64,000 nt of DNA from Octopus sinensis (GCF_006345805.1 NC_043012.1:30256001-30320000); one strand, 5' to 3'. Numbered from the stretch's first letter, positions 26,646 through 37,700 are shown. A program made the numbers and translations. Notes: generated by a model not told the origin, from the sequence alone.

Positions 26646-26715
26646 AATATTTTGTGACGTATGTTTCGATAATTAAAAATCAATCAATTGTAGATCATCT
26701 CCTCAGATGGAATAT
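26646..26715 (-). ncRNA. Type I hammerhead ribozyme motif, stem I partly decayed
   Basis: Minus: CTGAGGA-GATGAT[20 nt]ATTATC-GAAA-CATAC-GTC. Intact core, 6-bp stem II, short stem III, GUC triplet. Stem I ATATTCCAT/ACAAAATAT has 3 mismatches. Confidence 0.5.
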
Positions 26716-26774
26716 ATTGATATTTCCCATCTTACGATATGATCTTTAAGCGAATTATTATTAAAACATACATA

Positions 26775-26986
26775 ATGGTTTCAAATTTTGGCAAAAGGCC
26801 AGCAATTCTAGGGGAGGGGTTTAAGTAGATTACATCAACCCAAGCACTCAGCTGGTACTTACTTTATCGACCCCGAAACGATGAAAGGCAAAGTCGACCT
26901 AGACGGCATTTGAACTCAGAATGTAAAGACGGACTGCACGCAGTTAAGCATTTTGTCCGGCGTGCTAACGATTCCGCCAGCTCGTT
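26775..26986 (-). mobile_element. SINE family A
   Basis: CGACCCCGAAACGATGAAAGGCAAAGTCGACC...GATTCCGCCAGCTCG. Confidence 0.9.
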
Positions 26987-27252
26987 ATAATGACGTATAT
27001 GAAGTATAATAACATATATTCTGTTCATTTCAATTATATGTGGCTCTTCTTGCTATAACCCGAGTCCAGATTACTGTCCGTGTGATTACTGCATTGTGTG
27101 AAAATGGGAACTTCATGGAGAGAACCCTAATTTGTATGTTAACTTATGCCTTTTCACGCATCAATAAATTCACATAAGCATAATATATTATGTTAGGTAA
27201 TATAATGTTATATATATATGTGTGTGTGTGTGGTATGTGTGCATGTGATATA

Positions 27253-27294
<42 letters not shown>

Positions 27295-27301
27295 AATATA
27301 A

Positions 27302-27365
<64 letters not shown>

Positions 27366-27382
27366 ATATATATATATATATA

Positions 27383-28480
27383 CTAGCACTGTCCTTATGG
27401 CGGTGTAATTATTATAATGGTGCACTCTCTTGTAGATTGTTTAAGTGAATTAGCCCGCAGTTAGAAGTCCTTTCAATTGATAAGCGTAAAATGTATAATT
27501 ACCATTTTCGTTAGCAGTTTTTGATACGGTATTAAGCAACTTAGGTAATGAATAGATTATTTTGAATACACATTTGGCAGTTAGTAATAAAGGGCAACCG
27601 ACTTTTAAGTGAAGTTCCTGGAGGATCTTGGGAGTTGAGAAATGGTGTTGGAATGTGTGTAACCTGATCGAGGTCACTAACGGTGTCAACTGATCTGTAA
27701 CAACGTTCTTGAAAAAGTAGCTGACTCAGTAAGTCGTAGTTAAGGGTGTTGACTGCTGCATTTGTAGGTGCAGGAACAACCAGGCCGAAGCCAATCTGGT
27801 TTTATGTATTCCGTTGTGAGATTTGGGTTAAAAGTCGTAGTTAAGGGTGTTGACTGCCTGCATTTGTAGGTGCAGGAACAACCAGGGCGAAGCCAATCTG
27901 TTTTATGTATTCCGTTGTGAGATTTGGGGTAAAAAGTCGGTAGTTAAGGGTGTTGACAGCTGCATTTGTAGGTGCAGGAACAACCAGGGCGAAGCCAATC
28001 TGGTTTTATGTATTCCGTTGTGAGATTTGGGTAAAAGTCGTAGTTAAGGGTGTTGACTGCTGCATTTGTAGGTGCAGGAACAACCAGGCCGAAGCCAATC
28101 TGGTTTTATGTATTCCGTTGTGAGATTTGGGTAAAAGTTAGTTAAGGTGGTTGACACTGCATTTGTAGGTGCAGGAACAACAGGCCGAAGCCAATCTGGT
28201 TTTATGTATTCCGTTGTGAGATTTGGGTAAAAGTCGTAGTTGGGGTGTTGACAGCGCATTTGTAGGTGCAGGAACAACCAGGCCGAAGCACAATCTGGTT
28301 TTATGTATTCCGTTGTGAGATTTGGGTAAAAGTCGTAGTTAAGGGTGTTGACAGCTGCATTTGTAGGTGCAGGAACAACCAGGGCGAACCAATCTGGTTT
28401 TATGTCTTCCGTTGTGAGATTTGGGTAAAAGTCGTAGTTAAGGGTGTTGACTGCTGCATTTGTAGGTGCAGGAACAACCA
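27383..28480 (-). mobile_element. Helitron RepHel helicase (PIF1-like) fragment with possible 3' CTAG end
   Basis: Minus translation APTNAAVNTLNYDLLSQL...RSVDTVSDLDQVTHIPTPFLNSQDPPG/LHLKVGCPLLL matches Helitron LAPTN..VN.IN..LL..LPG...SVDTV.....YPTEFLNSL.PSGLPPH.L.LKVG.PIML. CTAG|T at 27383-27386 beside (TA)n. Confidence 0.75.
27731..28480. repeat. ~100-bp minisatellite, at least 7.5 copies, running into the gap
   Basis: Unit GTCGTAGTTAAGGGTGTTGACTGCTGCATTTGTAGGTGCAGGAACAACCAGGCCGAAGCCAATCTGGTTTTATGTATTCCGTTGTGAGATTTGGGTAAAA, head-to-tail with no spacers. Confidence 0.97.
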
Positions 28481-28580
28481 NNNNNNNNNNNNNNNNNNNN
28501 NNNNNNNNNNNNNNNNNNNNNNNNNNNNNNNNNNNNNNNNNNNNNNNNNNNNNNNNNNNNNNNNNNNNNNNNNNNNNNNN
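28481..28580. other. Assembly gap (100 N)
   Basis: Run of n. Confidence 1.
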
Positions 28581-29360
28581 AATTCCAAAGCAAACTACAC
28601 AACAATTAACAAGACAGTTTAATTATATTTATACTTCGATCATAAAACACTTTCAAGAACCAGAAATAAACTTGACCAGGTGGATCTCTCACTACCTGAC
28701 AGCTTTTCAGCTTCATTAAAGAGTTACCGACCCTTTCCTGGGTAGAATCATCACAAATGATGGAAAATGGGTTCTTTAAAGACATATCCAATGAAAACGA
28801 CAATGGTTAGCACCCAATGAAAAAGGAGAATCCGTACCCGCAAAGCAGGGCTTCATCCTAAAAAACTGTGTTTGGTGGGATATGAAGGGTGTCGTTTGTC
28901 ATGAAGTGCTAACACAAAATATAGTCGTGAATTGGAGGAAAACTTGCATAAAGGTTTTCAGAAGAAGCCCCCGTCAACGGTCGTTCTTAAATGGAATGAT
29001 GCACTTATATGGTAATGTAAGACCACATGTAGCTCAGAGAAAGATTAAATATGAAAGCTTTATTTCATCCTCATTATTCTCCCGGCGTTGCTCCAACTAA
29101 CTGTCATCTTTTCCGATCATTGCAATTTTATTTAATGGTAAAAACGGTTTATTAATTGCAAAGCAGTTGGAATGGCATCAAGGGTGTCTTTGCTTTGAAA
29201 CCCGAAGAATTTTATGCCCGCGGAATCAATAATTTGCCAAAGAGGTGGGATTATGATATCAATAATGAGAGGAAATCTTCTCTTCATTAAATATATCAAA
29301 GAAACATTTGTTTATTTCCCTCCTTGAAATGCGACAGGACTTTCTTTCCGGCCTAAGATA
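28581..29360 (+). mobile_element. Decayed mariner transposase with right terminal inverted repeat
   Basis: PFLGRIITNDGKWVL, GLHPKK..CVWWDMKGVVCHEVL, PHYSPGVAPTNCHLFRSL (YSPDLAP motif); terminal CAGGACTTTCTTTCCGGCCTAAGATA. Confidence 0.85.
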
Positions 29361-29380
29361 CGTACACAACACAGACACAG

Positions 29381-29412
<32 letters not shown>

Positions 29413-29955
29413 AGACACAAACACACACACACACCACACACACACACACACACACGTGTTATATATATATAATATATATATATTATATATATATTATAGT
29501 GTATGTATAACAAATAGAGAAAGAGGAAATAGAATTCACGAGAATCTTTAATTAATGACTGCGATCATTCCGACTCCTCTTGCATCGGTCTCTCTTACAA
29601 CGCCATTCGGTATTTGCTTGTAGATTGTTGCATTCAATATTTTGTGGTTTGGAATGAAATGGAATGGGCAATGTTTTTTTCTTCTTCTTTATAAGGTAAT
29701 AGACCCACGCGTAAAAAAATCACGAATAAAGCACGTAAGAATGAAAAATGTGAAAAAGATTAAGGATTATTTTGATAAGCATACAATGAAACTGGTACTA
29801 TGCTTGGTTTGATGAAGATATTCATTTAATAGAGTCATATATATATATATATTATATATATATATATAAAATATTATTTGAGAAAACCACTATTTGCAAA
29901 ACAAACAAGGAAAGACTTAATCATACATAAAATTAATAAATAGTCAAAAAAAACC

Positions 29956-29998
29956 GCCACTACAATCGTTTCTTGTCTTGATCGACAATCTTCAGGTA
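29956..29998 (-). ncRNA. Minimal type I hammerhead ribozyme (Penelope-associated type)
   Basis: Minus: TAC-CTGAAGA-TTGTC GATCAA GACAA-GAAA-CGATT-GTA-GTG. Canonical core, perfect 5-bp stem II, self-complementary ACGAUUGU stem III suited to dimeric folding, GUA triplet. Confidence 0.7.
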
Positions 29999-30034
29999 TA
30001 TATATATATATATATTATATATATATATATATAA

Positions 30035-30098
30035 TTGTAGAATTCTCAAGTTGTATACCCGGATGTTATATTGTTACCTATATAATATAATATATATA

Positions 30099-30164
<66 letters not shown>

Positions 30165-30175
30165 GTATGTATGTG

Positions 30176-30269
<94 letters not shown>

Positions 30270-30359
30270 CATATATATATATACATACACATACATACAT
30301 AAATATATATATATAGGTAACAATATAACATCCGGGTATACAACTTGAGAATTCTACAA
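30035..30359. repeat. Palindrome with 48-bp unique outer arms and mirrored microsatellite interior
   Basis: 30035-30082 is complementary to 30311-30359; inner TATG/CA tracts mirrored by TG/CATA tracts about a centre near 30245. Confidence 0.9.
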
Positions 30360-30869
30360 CTGGAGAGACATATCTGCACCACAAATGCACCACCTCGCAA
30401 GTGAGATGCTGCACGATCAGTTGAAACGATTGTAGTGGATAAAGGGTCTGACGGATTTCATTTCCTTTCTCTTATATATATATCACCCTGACCGACCAGT
30501 CCGTCAGGCGTCCATTTGACACCGCTGGTCACAGCACGCTGTCCACTCCTCATATATATTAATATATATTAATATATATACATATATATATCTATACAAT
30601 ATGTTACATTACTCGGTAGTCAAGATAAAACTCTGAGTTTCAGATGCCGAAGTGGAAATCCACAACACCATCTCTTCGGTTATCTGGCTATTTGAAAACG
30701 TTATGAAAAAATACCGTTAAAAATGAAGGGAAATTACTCTGTTATAACTCTGCTTTGCCTGCGTACTTATACATCGCTCGCATTTTTCGTCATAAAAATT
30801 ATATAAAAATACATAAAAATATATAAAAATATATAAAATCTTCTTGGGACATAACACAGAAAGCATATT

Positions 30870-31939
30870 CTATCCGTTTTCTTTAGGGGACCAAAAAACG
30901 AACAGAAATTTAGTCACATGTGGGCATGATCCGAAAAGCTCTGTCCTTGTATTTAGACATGTGGTAGGGTCTAAGCTGCTTTTCCAGATAAGCCATCTCT
31001 CCATGTCGCATAAACCGCACCTTCCGCTGCCGTTAGTATAGGGCTTACATCTGGCCAAAATCTTCCATTGTATGTTATAATCGACACCTTTATCTCTTAA
31101 AGACCAAATATGATTGGATAATTGTGTCGCTTTTCTTTTGTTCCAGTGCCTAAAGCTCAAAGTGTGGTTATTGAACCTGGCCTTGAAATTACCCTCTGTC
31201 AGGCCCACGTATTTCTTCGTCGAAACGGTGTCTTTAGTGGTTATAGAGTTTACGGTAGCTTCATATATGATGGTCTTGGACATGCAAGCTCCATTTAGCG
31301 GGCACAATTCTTTATTCCTGCATGAACAGCTGTTTTCTTCTTGTGTTTTTTGTATGTTATGATTGATTATGTTTTTAAAATTGGTAGTTGAACTAAAACT
31401 AATTTTTAAATTGTGTCTATTGAAGAGTTTCCTATAAGCATGGTTAACTGGAAAATGTCTATCTATCAGTGCTAGGAAATATTTACCTATATTGAAGGCC
31501 ACCTCGGGTGAGTAAGGGGGCGTAAACCAGATGACCTTCCTATTCTATTATTCCTTTTCCTATTGTTGGGCTGGTGATAGGTGTATATTTTATTTTTTCG
31601 CTAAAACCACTATCTTTTAAAGCTTTATTATAAACTGGGGCAACGCTATTGAAGATGTCCTCATTAGATGAGAGGCTAGAAATCCTCTTACTAATATTTT
31701 TAACTAAATTTTGAATACTATAGGGGGATGGCATGAACCTACATTAATATAACTTAGTCTATCATTGGGCTTCCTATAAGGCTTATAAAATTATTATTAA
31801 GATCTAAGGAAACGTCTAAGAAATGACAACCGTCAGGTTAGTGTCTATAGTTATACTAAGTCCGAAGTGTTTCATTAACTGGATAATATCCTTCCTAAAA
31901 CGATCTTGTGCTGGTCCATTTGTATTAGCTGTTAAGGCG
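30870..31939 (-). pseudogene. PLE RT C-terminal part and GIY-YIG endonuclease (mirror copy)
   Basis: 210-aa ORF 30870-31502 carries the same GIY-YIG domain; upstream RT part is frameshifted. Confidence 0.9.
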
Positions 31940-32293
31940 ATGTATAAGTACGCAGGCAAAGCAGAGTTATAACAGAGTAATTTCCCTTCATTTTTAACGG
32001 TATTTTTTCATAACGTTTTCAAATAGCCAGATAACCGAAGAGATGGTGTTGTGGATTTCCACTTCGGCATCTGAAACTCAGAGTTTTATCTTGACTACGA
32101 GTAATGTAACATATTGTATAGATAAATTTCCTCTATTTACATAATATTGAGGTCTCTTTCTTTCTTTGTTATCTTACCGTTTATCAATAAATCACCTCCC
32201 GGACGACGTTATTCTCAACTAAGAGCTAATACGACCTTTTTGGGATTATCGCCTAACATCGGTTGAGGACTCTCACAAACAAAAGAATCTAAT

Positions 32294-33319
32294 ATGGACG
32301 CATATCACATAGATTATTCTATGAAAAATATACCGATCCCATCAAAGGATTTTTACTCTAAGAAACTTCTGCCAAAAAATTACTGATGTAATTAAGCGTA
32401 TGAGATGGAAGGCTTTCTTTTTTGACACAGAAGCGAACACGAAGGAAAACATTTGCTATCGGATAAAATCCAAAAAATTCACTCCTAGGATTAAAGGCTT
32501 GGAAGATTTCGAAGCGGACCTGCTGAAGATCATGAGCAAAATAAAGTTTCGTAAGTCTTTTAACAATTTCCAACATAAATTGAAAAAAGATATTGATCAT
32601 ATAAAAGCTCCAAGAAAAAAGCACTTTTTTCGGATAAAACCAAGAACTTATACCTGGTAGATAACAGCAAATACACACAACTCTTACACAACAGCATCAT
32701 TAATAATTATACTAAGGCTAGGGCACAGACATATAACGAAATTAATAAAGAAGCTAGCGTCATCGCGCTAAACTTAAATTAGATAAAAAAATAGAAACCT
32801 CCCCAAAAAGAGGCCTTTATTACTATTAAAGACCACAAAGAAAACTTCCTTTCCAACCTAAATGTAGGCTTATCAACCCAGCCAAGTCAGAACTAGGGAT
32901 TATTAGCAAAGAATTTTAGATAAAATAAATACGAAAATTAAGACCGATACTAGGCTAGTGCAATGGTCCAATAGTATAGAAGTCGTAGACTGGTTTAAAG
33001 CTATTAAGAATAAGAAAAAAGCGAGGTTTACACATTCGATATTGTTGATTTTTATGCCTCTATCTCTAAAGAACTGCTAGATAAAGCCCTAATCTTCGCT
33101 AGTGACTTCATAGAAATTAGTACCAATGATAAGGATATAATCTTCCATGCTAGAAAGACATTACTTTTCAGTGAGAATGCAAAGTGGGTAAAAAACACCG
33201 ACACGGAGGGCGCTTTCGATGTGAGCATGGGTTCATATGATGGGGCAGGCATCTGTGATCTAATTGGACTCTTTCTCCTAGATACCTTCGGTAAGACATT
33301 CCCTAACGTACATCTCGCC
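32294..33319 (+). pseudogene. PLE ORF N-terminal half and RT core, frameshifted
   Basis: MDAYHIDYSMKNIPIPSK...KRMRWKAFFF...DIVDFYASISKELL...FDVSMGSYDGAGICDLIGLFLL...FPNVHLA, then the junction; several 1-bp indels. Confidence 0.88.
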
Positions 33320-33633
33320 ATTATATCCTTATCATTGGTACTAATTTCTATGAAGTCACTAGCGAAGATTAGGGCTTTATCTAGCAGTTCTTTAGAGATA
33401 GAGGCATAAAAATCAACAATATCGAATTGTGTAAACCTCGCTTTTTTTTTATTCTTAATAGCTTTAAACCAGTCTACGACTTCTATACTATTGGACCATT
33501 GCACTAGCCTAGTATCGGTCTTAATTTTCGTATTTATTTTATCTAAAATTTCTTTGCTAATAATCCCTAGTTCTGACTTGGCTGGGTTGATAAGCCTACA
33601 TTTAGGGTTGGAAAGGAAGTTTTCTTGTGGTCT

Positions 33634-34173
33634 TTAATAGTAATAAAGGCCTCTTTTTGGGGGAGGGTTTCTATTTTTTTTATCTAATTTAAGTTTAGCG
33701 GCGATGACGCTAGCTTCTTTATTAATTTCGTTATATGTCTGTGCCCTAGCCTTAGTATAATTATTAATGATGCTGTTGTGTAAGAGTTGTGTGTATTTGC
33801 TGTTATCTACCAGGTATAAGTTCTTGGTTTTATCCGAAAAAAGTGCTTTTTTCTTGGAGCTTTTTATATGATCAATATCTTTTTTCAATTTATGTTGGAA
33901 ATTGTTAAAAGACTTACGAAACTTTATTTTGCTCATGATCTTCAGCAGGTCCGCTTCGAAATCTTCCAAGCCTTTAATCCTAGGAGTGAATTTTTTGGAT
34001 TTTATCCGATAGCAAATGTTTTCCTTCGTGTTCGCTTCTGTGTCAAAAAAGAAAGCCTTCCATCTCATACGCTTAATTACATCAGTAATTTTTTGCAGAA
34101 GTTTCTTAGAGTAAAAATCCTTTGATGGGATCGGTATATTTTTCATAGAATAATCTATGTGATATGCGTCCAT
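33634..34173 (-). pseudogene. PLE ORF N-terminus (second copy), continuing frameshifted to 33320
   Basis: 179-aa open frame MDAYHIDYSMKNIPIPSKDFYSKKLLQKITDVIKRMRWKAF; downstream frame has QFDIVDFYASIS. Confidence 0.88.
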
Positions 34174-34529
34174 ATTAGATTCTTTTGTTTGTGAGAGTCC
34201 TCAACCGATGTTAGGCGATAATCCCAAAAAGGTCGTATTAGCTCTTAGTTGAGAATAACGTCGTCCGGGAGGTGATTTATTGATAAACGGTAAGATAACA
34301 AAAGAAAGAAAGAGACCTCAATATTATGTAAATAGAGGAAATTTATCTATACAATATGTTACATTACTCGGTAGTCAAGATAAAACTCTGAGTTTCAGAT
34401 GCCGAAGTGGAAATCCACAACACCATCTCTTCGGTTATCTGGCTATTTGAAAACGTTATGAAAAAATACCGTTAAAAATGAAGGGAAATTACTCTGTTAT
34501 AACTCTGCTTTGCCTGCGTACTTATACAT

Positions 34530-35602
34530 CGCCTTAACAGCTAATACAAATGGACCAGCACAAGATCGTTTTAGGAAGGATATTATCCAGTTAATGAAAC
34601 ACTTCGGACTTAGTATAACTATAGACACTAACCTGACGGTTGTCAATTTCTTAGACGTTTCCTTAGATCTTAATAATAATATTTATAAGCCTTATAGGAA
34701 GCCCAATGATAGACTAAGTTATATTAATGTAGGTTCATGCCATCCCCCTATAGTATTCAAAAATTTAGTTAAAAATATTAGTAAGAGGATTTCTAGCCTC
34801 TCATCTAATGACGACATCTTCAATAGCGTTGCCCCAGTTTATAATAAAGCTTTAAAAGATAGTGGTTTTAGCGAAAAAAATAAAATATACACCTATCACC
34901 AGCCCAACAATAAGGAAAAGGAATAATAGAAATAGGAAGGTCATCTGGTTTACGCCCCTTACTCACCCGAGGTGGCCTTCAATATAGGTAAATATTTCCT
35001 AGCACTGATAGATAGACATTTTCCAGTTAACCATGCTTATAGGAACTCTTCAATAGACACAATTTAAAAATTAGTTTTAGTTCAACTACCAATTTAAAAA
35101 CATAATCAATCATAACATACAAAAAACACAAGAAGAAAACAGCTGTTCATGCAGGAATAAAGAATTGTGCCCGCTAAATGGAGCTTGCATGTCCAAGACC
35201 ATCATATATGAAGCTACCGTAAACTCTATAACCACTAAAGACACCGTTTCGACGAAGAAATACGTGGGCCTGACAGAGGGTAATTTCAAGGCCAGGTTCA
35301 ATAACCACACTTTGAGCTTTAGGCACTGGAACAAAAGAAAAGCGACACAATTATCCAATCATATTTGGTCTTTAAGAGATAAAGGTGTCGATTATAACAT
35401 ACAATGGAAGATTTTGGCCAGATGTAAGCCCTATACTAACGGCAGCGGAAGGTGCGGTTTATGCGACATGGAGAGATGGCTTATCTGGAAAAGCAGCTTA
35501 GACCCTACCACATGTCTAAATACAAGGACAGAGCTTTTCGGATCATGCCCACATGTGACTAAATTTCTGTTACGTTTTTGGTCCCCTAAAGAAAACGGAT
35601 AG
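34530..35602 (+). pseudogene. PLE RT C-terminal part and GIY-YIG endonuclease, frameshifted
   Basis: ALTANTNGPAQDRFRK...VNFLDVSLDL...YRKPND..YINVGSCHPP...; CSCRNKELCPLNGAC..IIYEATV..KYVGLTEGNFKARFNNH...CGLC...CLNTRTELFGSCPH. Confidence 0.9.
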
Positions 35603-36057
35603 AACATGCTTTCTGTGTTATGTCCCAAGAAGATTTTATATATTTTTATATATTTTTATGTATTTTTATATAATTTTTATGACGAAAAATGCGAGCGATG
35701 TATAAGTACGCAGGCAAAGCAGAGTTATAACAGAGTAATTTCCCTTCATTTTTAACGGTATTTTTTCATAACGTTTTCAAATAGCCAGATAACCGAAGAG
35801 ATGGTGTTGTGGATTTCCACTTCGGCATCTGAAACTCAGAGTTTTATCTTGACTACCGAGTAATGTAACATATTGTATAGATAAATTTCCTCTATTTACA
35901 TAATATTGAGGTCTCTTTCTTTCTTTTGTTATTTTACCGTTTATCAATATACATATATATATATATATATAATTAATTAAGGGTAGAAATTGATATTTAT
36001 GAATTAAAACCAGTGGTCTAGCATATTAAAAAAAGAATCCGAAGATTAAAATATTTA

Positions 36058-36279
36058 TATATACCAATTAAGGACTGAACACGAAAAGTGGACAGTCAAC
36101 ATGCTAGATATAGACGTCAAATCGCCATTCTCCACAAAAGATTATGTTCTCAAATCAATTTGATTTGTTTATGTTCTCAAATCAATTTGATTTGAGAACA
36201 TAATCTTTTGTGGAGAATGGCGATTTGACGTCTATATCTAGCATGTTGACTGTCCACTTTTCGTGTTCAGTCCTTAATT

Positions 36280-36286
<7 letters not shown>
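36058..36286. repeat. Hairpin, ~100-bp arms; loop contains a duplicated arm end
   Basis: 36058-36158 is complementary to 36187-36286; TTATGTTCTCAAATCAAT repeated in the spacer. Confidence 0.93.
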
Positions 36287-36330
<44 letters not shown>

Positions 36331-36444
36331 TATATATATAATATATATTATATATTATTGTTCCACGTCCTGCGTTGCTGTGTTTTTTCTCTTTTTTCTG
36401 TGTTTTCTTGTTTGGATTAACTTTATATATATATATATATATGT

Positions 36445-36506
<62 letters not shown>

Positions 36507-36643
36507 CATTATAAGCGAAAGTACACACATAAATCTCGATATATTGTATGTATTTGAGTGAAGATTGTGAACGTATGTGGCATGATTCTGTATTTGTGTT
36601 TGTGGGTAGATTTATGTCTTTTGGGACAATAGCACACACACAC

Positions 36644-36676
<33 letters not shown>

Positions 36677-36869
36677 TTGGATCAGCAAACAAGGCACAAG
36701 GACAAGGCGCGATTAATTTCTTGATCTTTTGTTTGTTGCCAGTCACCGGGGCTATAGCGGTATCGTTGTCTAATAAGGCTGATTGAAAATATCCTAGGGG
36801 AGCGTTTGACATGTTAATTACAAATATGGTAGGGCCTCACATCACAGCCAAATCAAATAGACCGTTTAA

Positions 36870-36912
36870 CTATGTCGGCGACGCCATTTTCTTACGAGAC
36901 ACCGGAAGTCGA
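36870..36912. promoter_or_regulatory. Candidate core promoter (YY1 + ETS motifs)
   Basis: CGCCATTTT at 36882-36890 and CCGGAAGT at 36902-36909, within a relatively CpG-rich unique stretch (~36700-37080). Confidence 0.45.
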
Positions 36913-37361
36913 TTTGTTGTATGAGAGGCGCCTGCTCAGCAGTGATTAGTTCATAGAATCAATGTCGTACAAAAGAGGAAACGATGGTGGTGGTGGGGAT
37001 GCAAGGACGGCGAGGCTTCAGTGCAATCGAAGGAGGGTCATTGCAAAGCAAGAGGATGGGCTGGCGCATAATTACGCTTGTTATTTCTTGTCTTGGCGGT
37101 TGTTTTTGTTGTTTTTCTTGCATTTGCTTTGTTTCATTTATTTTTGCTTTTTTTATTTGTTGTTGTTGTTGTTTTGATGCTCAGATTCATTGGAATCTCG
37201 TCTCGTGGAGGCTTATTTTCTGTAAAGTTTATAATGGCTTCTATTTCGGGTTGGCCGAAATCAGCCACAGGCTTTCTTCAAAGACTAAAATGGAGCGGTT
37301 GGAGTCAATTGAATTAAACACCACCCCACCAATTCTCCTCCAAAATTTCAGACCTTGTAGG

Positions 37362-37700
37362 TGGCGAGCTGGCAGAACCGTTAGCACGCCGGGCGAAATG
37401 CTTAGCGGTTTTTCGTCTGCCGTTACGTTCTGAGTTCAAATGTCGCCGCGGTCGACTTTGCCTTTCATCCTTTCGGGATCGATTAAATAAGTACCAGTTA
37501 CGCACTGGGGTCGATATAATCGACTTAATCCGTTTGTCTGTTTCTGTTTGTTCTCTCTGTGTTTAGCCCCTTGTGGGTAGTAAAGAAATAGGTATTTTGT
37601 CTGTCCCTATGTTCTGAGTTCAAATTCCACTGAGGTCAACTTTGCCTTTCATCCTTTCGGGTTCGATAAATTAAGTACCAGTTGCGTACTGGGGTCGAAA
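37362..37700 (+). mobile_element. Dimeric SINE family A copy
   Basis: Same monomer-linker-monomer structure as 20799-21140. Confidence 0.88.

Larger units (their letters stand above)
30589..35948. mobile_element. Penelope-like element (RT + C-terminal GIY-YIG, Naiad-like), two interleaved copies forming a ~5.3-kb inverted repeat in (TA)n
   Basis: Order: [C-half, -] 30589-31939; [terminal repeat + N-half, +] 31937-33319; [N-half + terminal repeat, -] 33320-34532; [C-half + terminal repeat, +] 34530-35948. Arms 30589-33141 and 33320-35883, spacer 33142-33319. Confidence 0.92.

Noticed and set aside
27731-28480. Possible CRISPR array
   Set aside because: Units are contiguous ~100-bp repeats with no unique spacers, in a eukaryotic context, and derive from Helitron coding sequence.
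34530-35760. Selenoprotein/SECIS features reported for some Naiad elements
   Set aside because: The cysteine positions I read are TGC/TGT with no in-frame TGA, and the ATGA...GA in the 3' UTR is too short for a SECIS.
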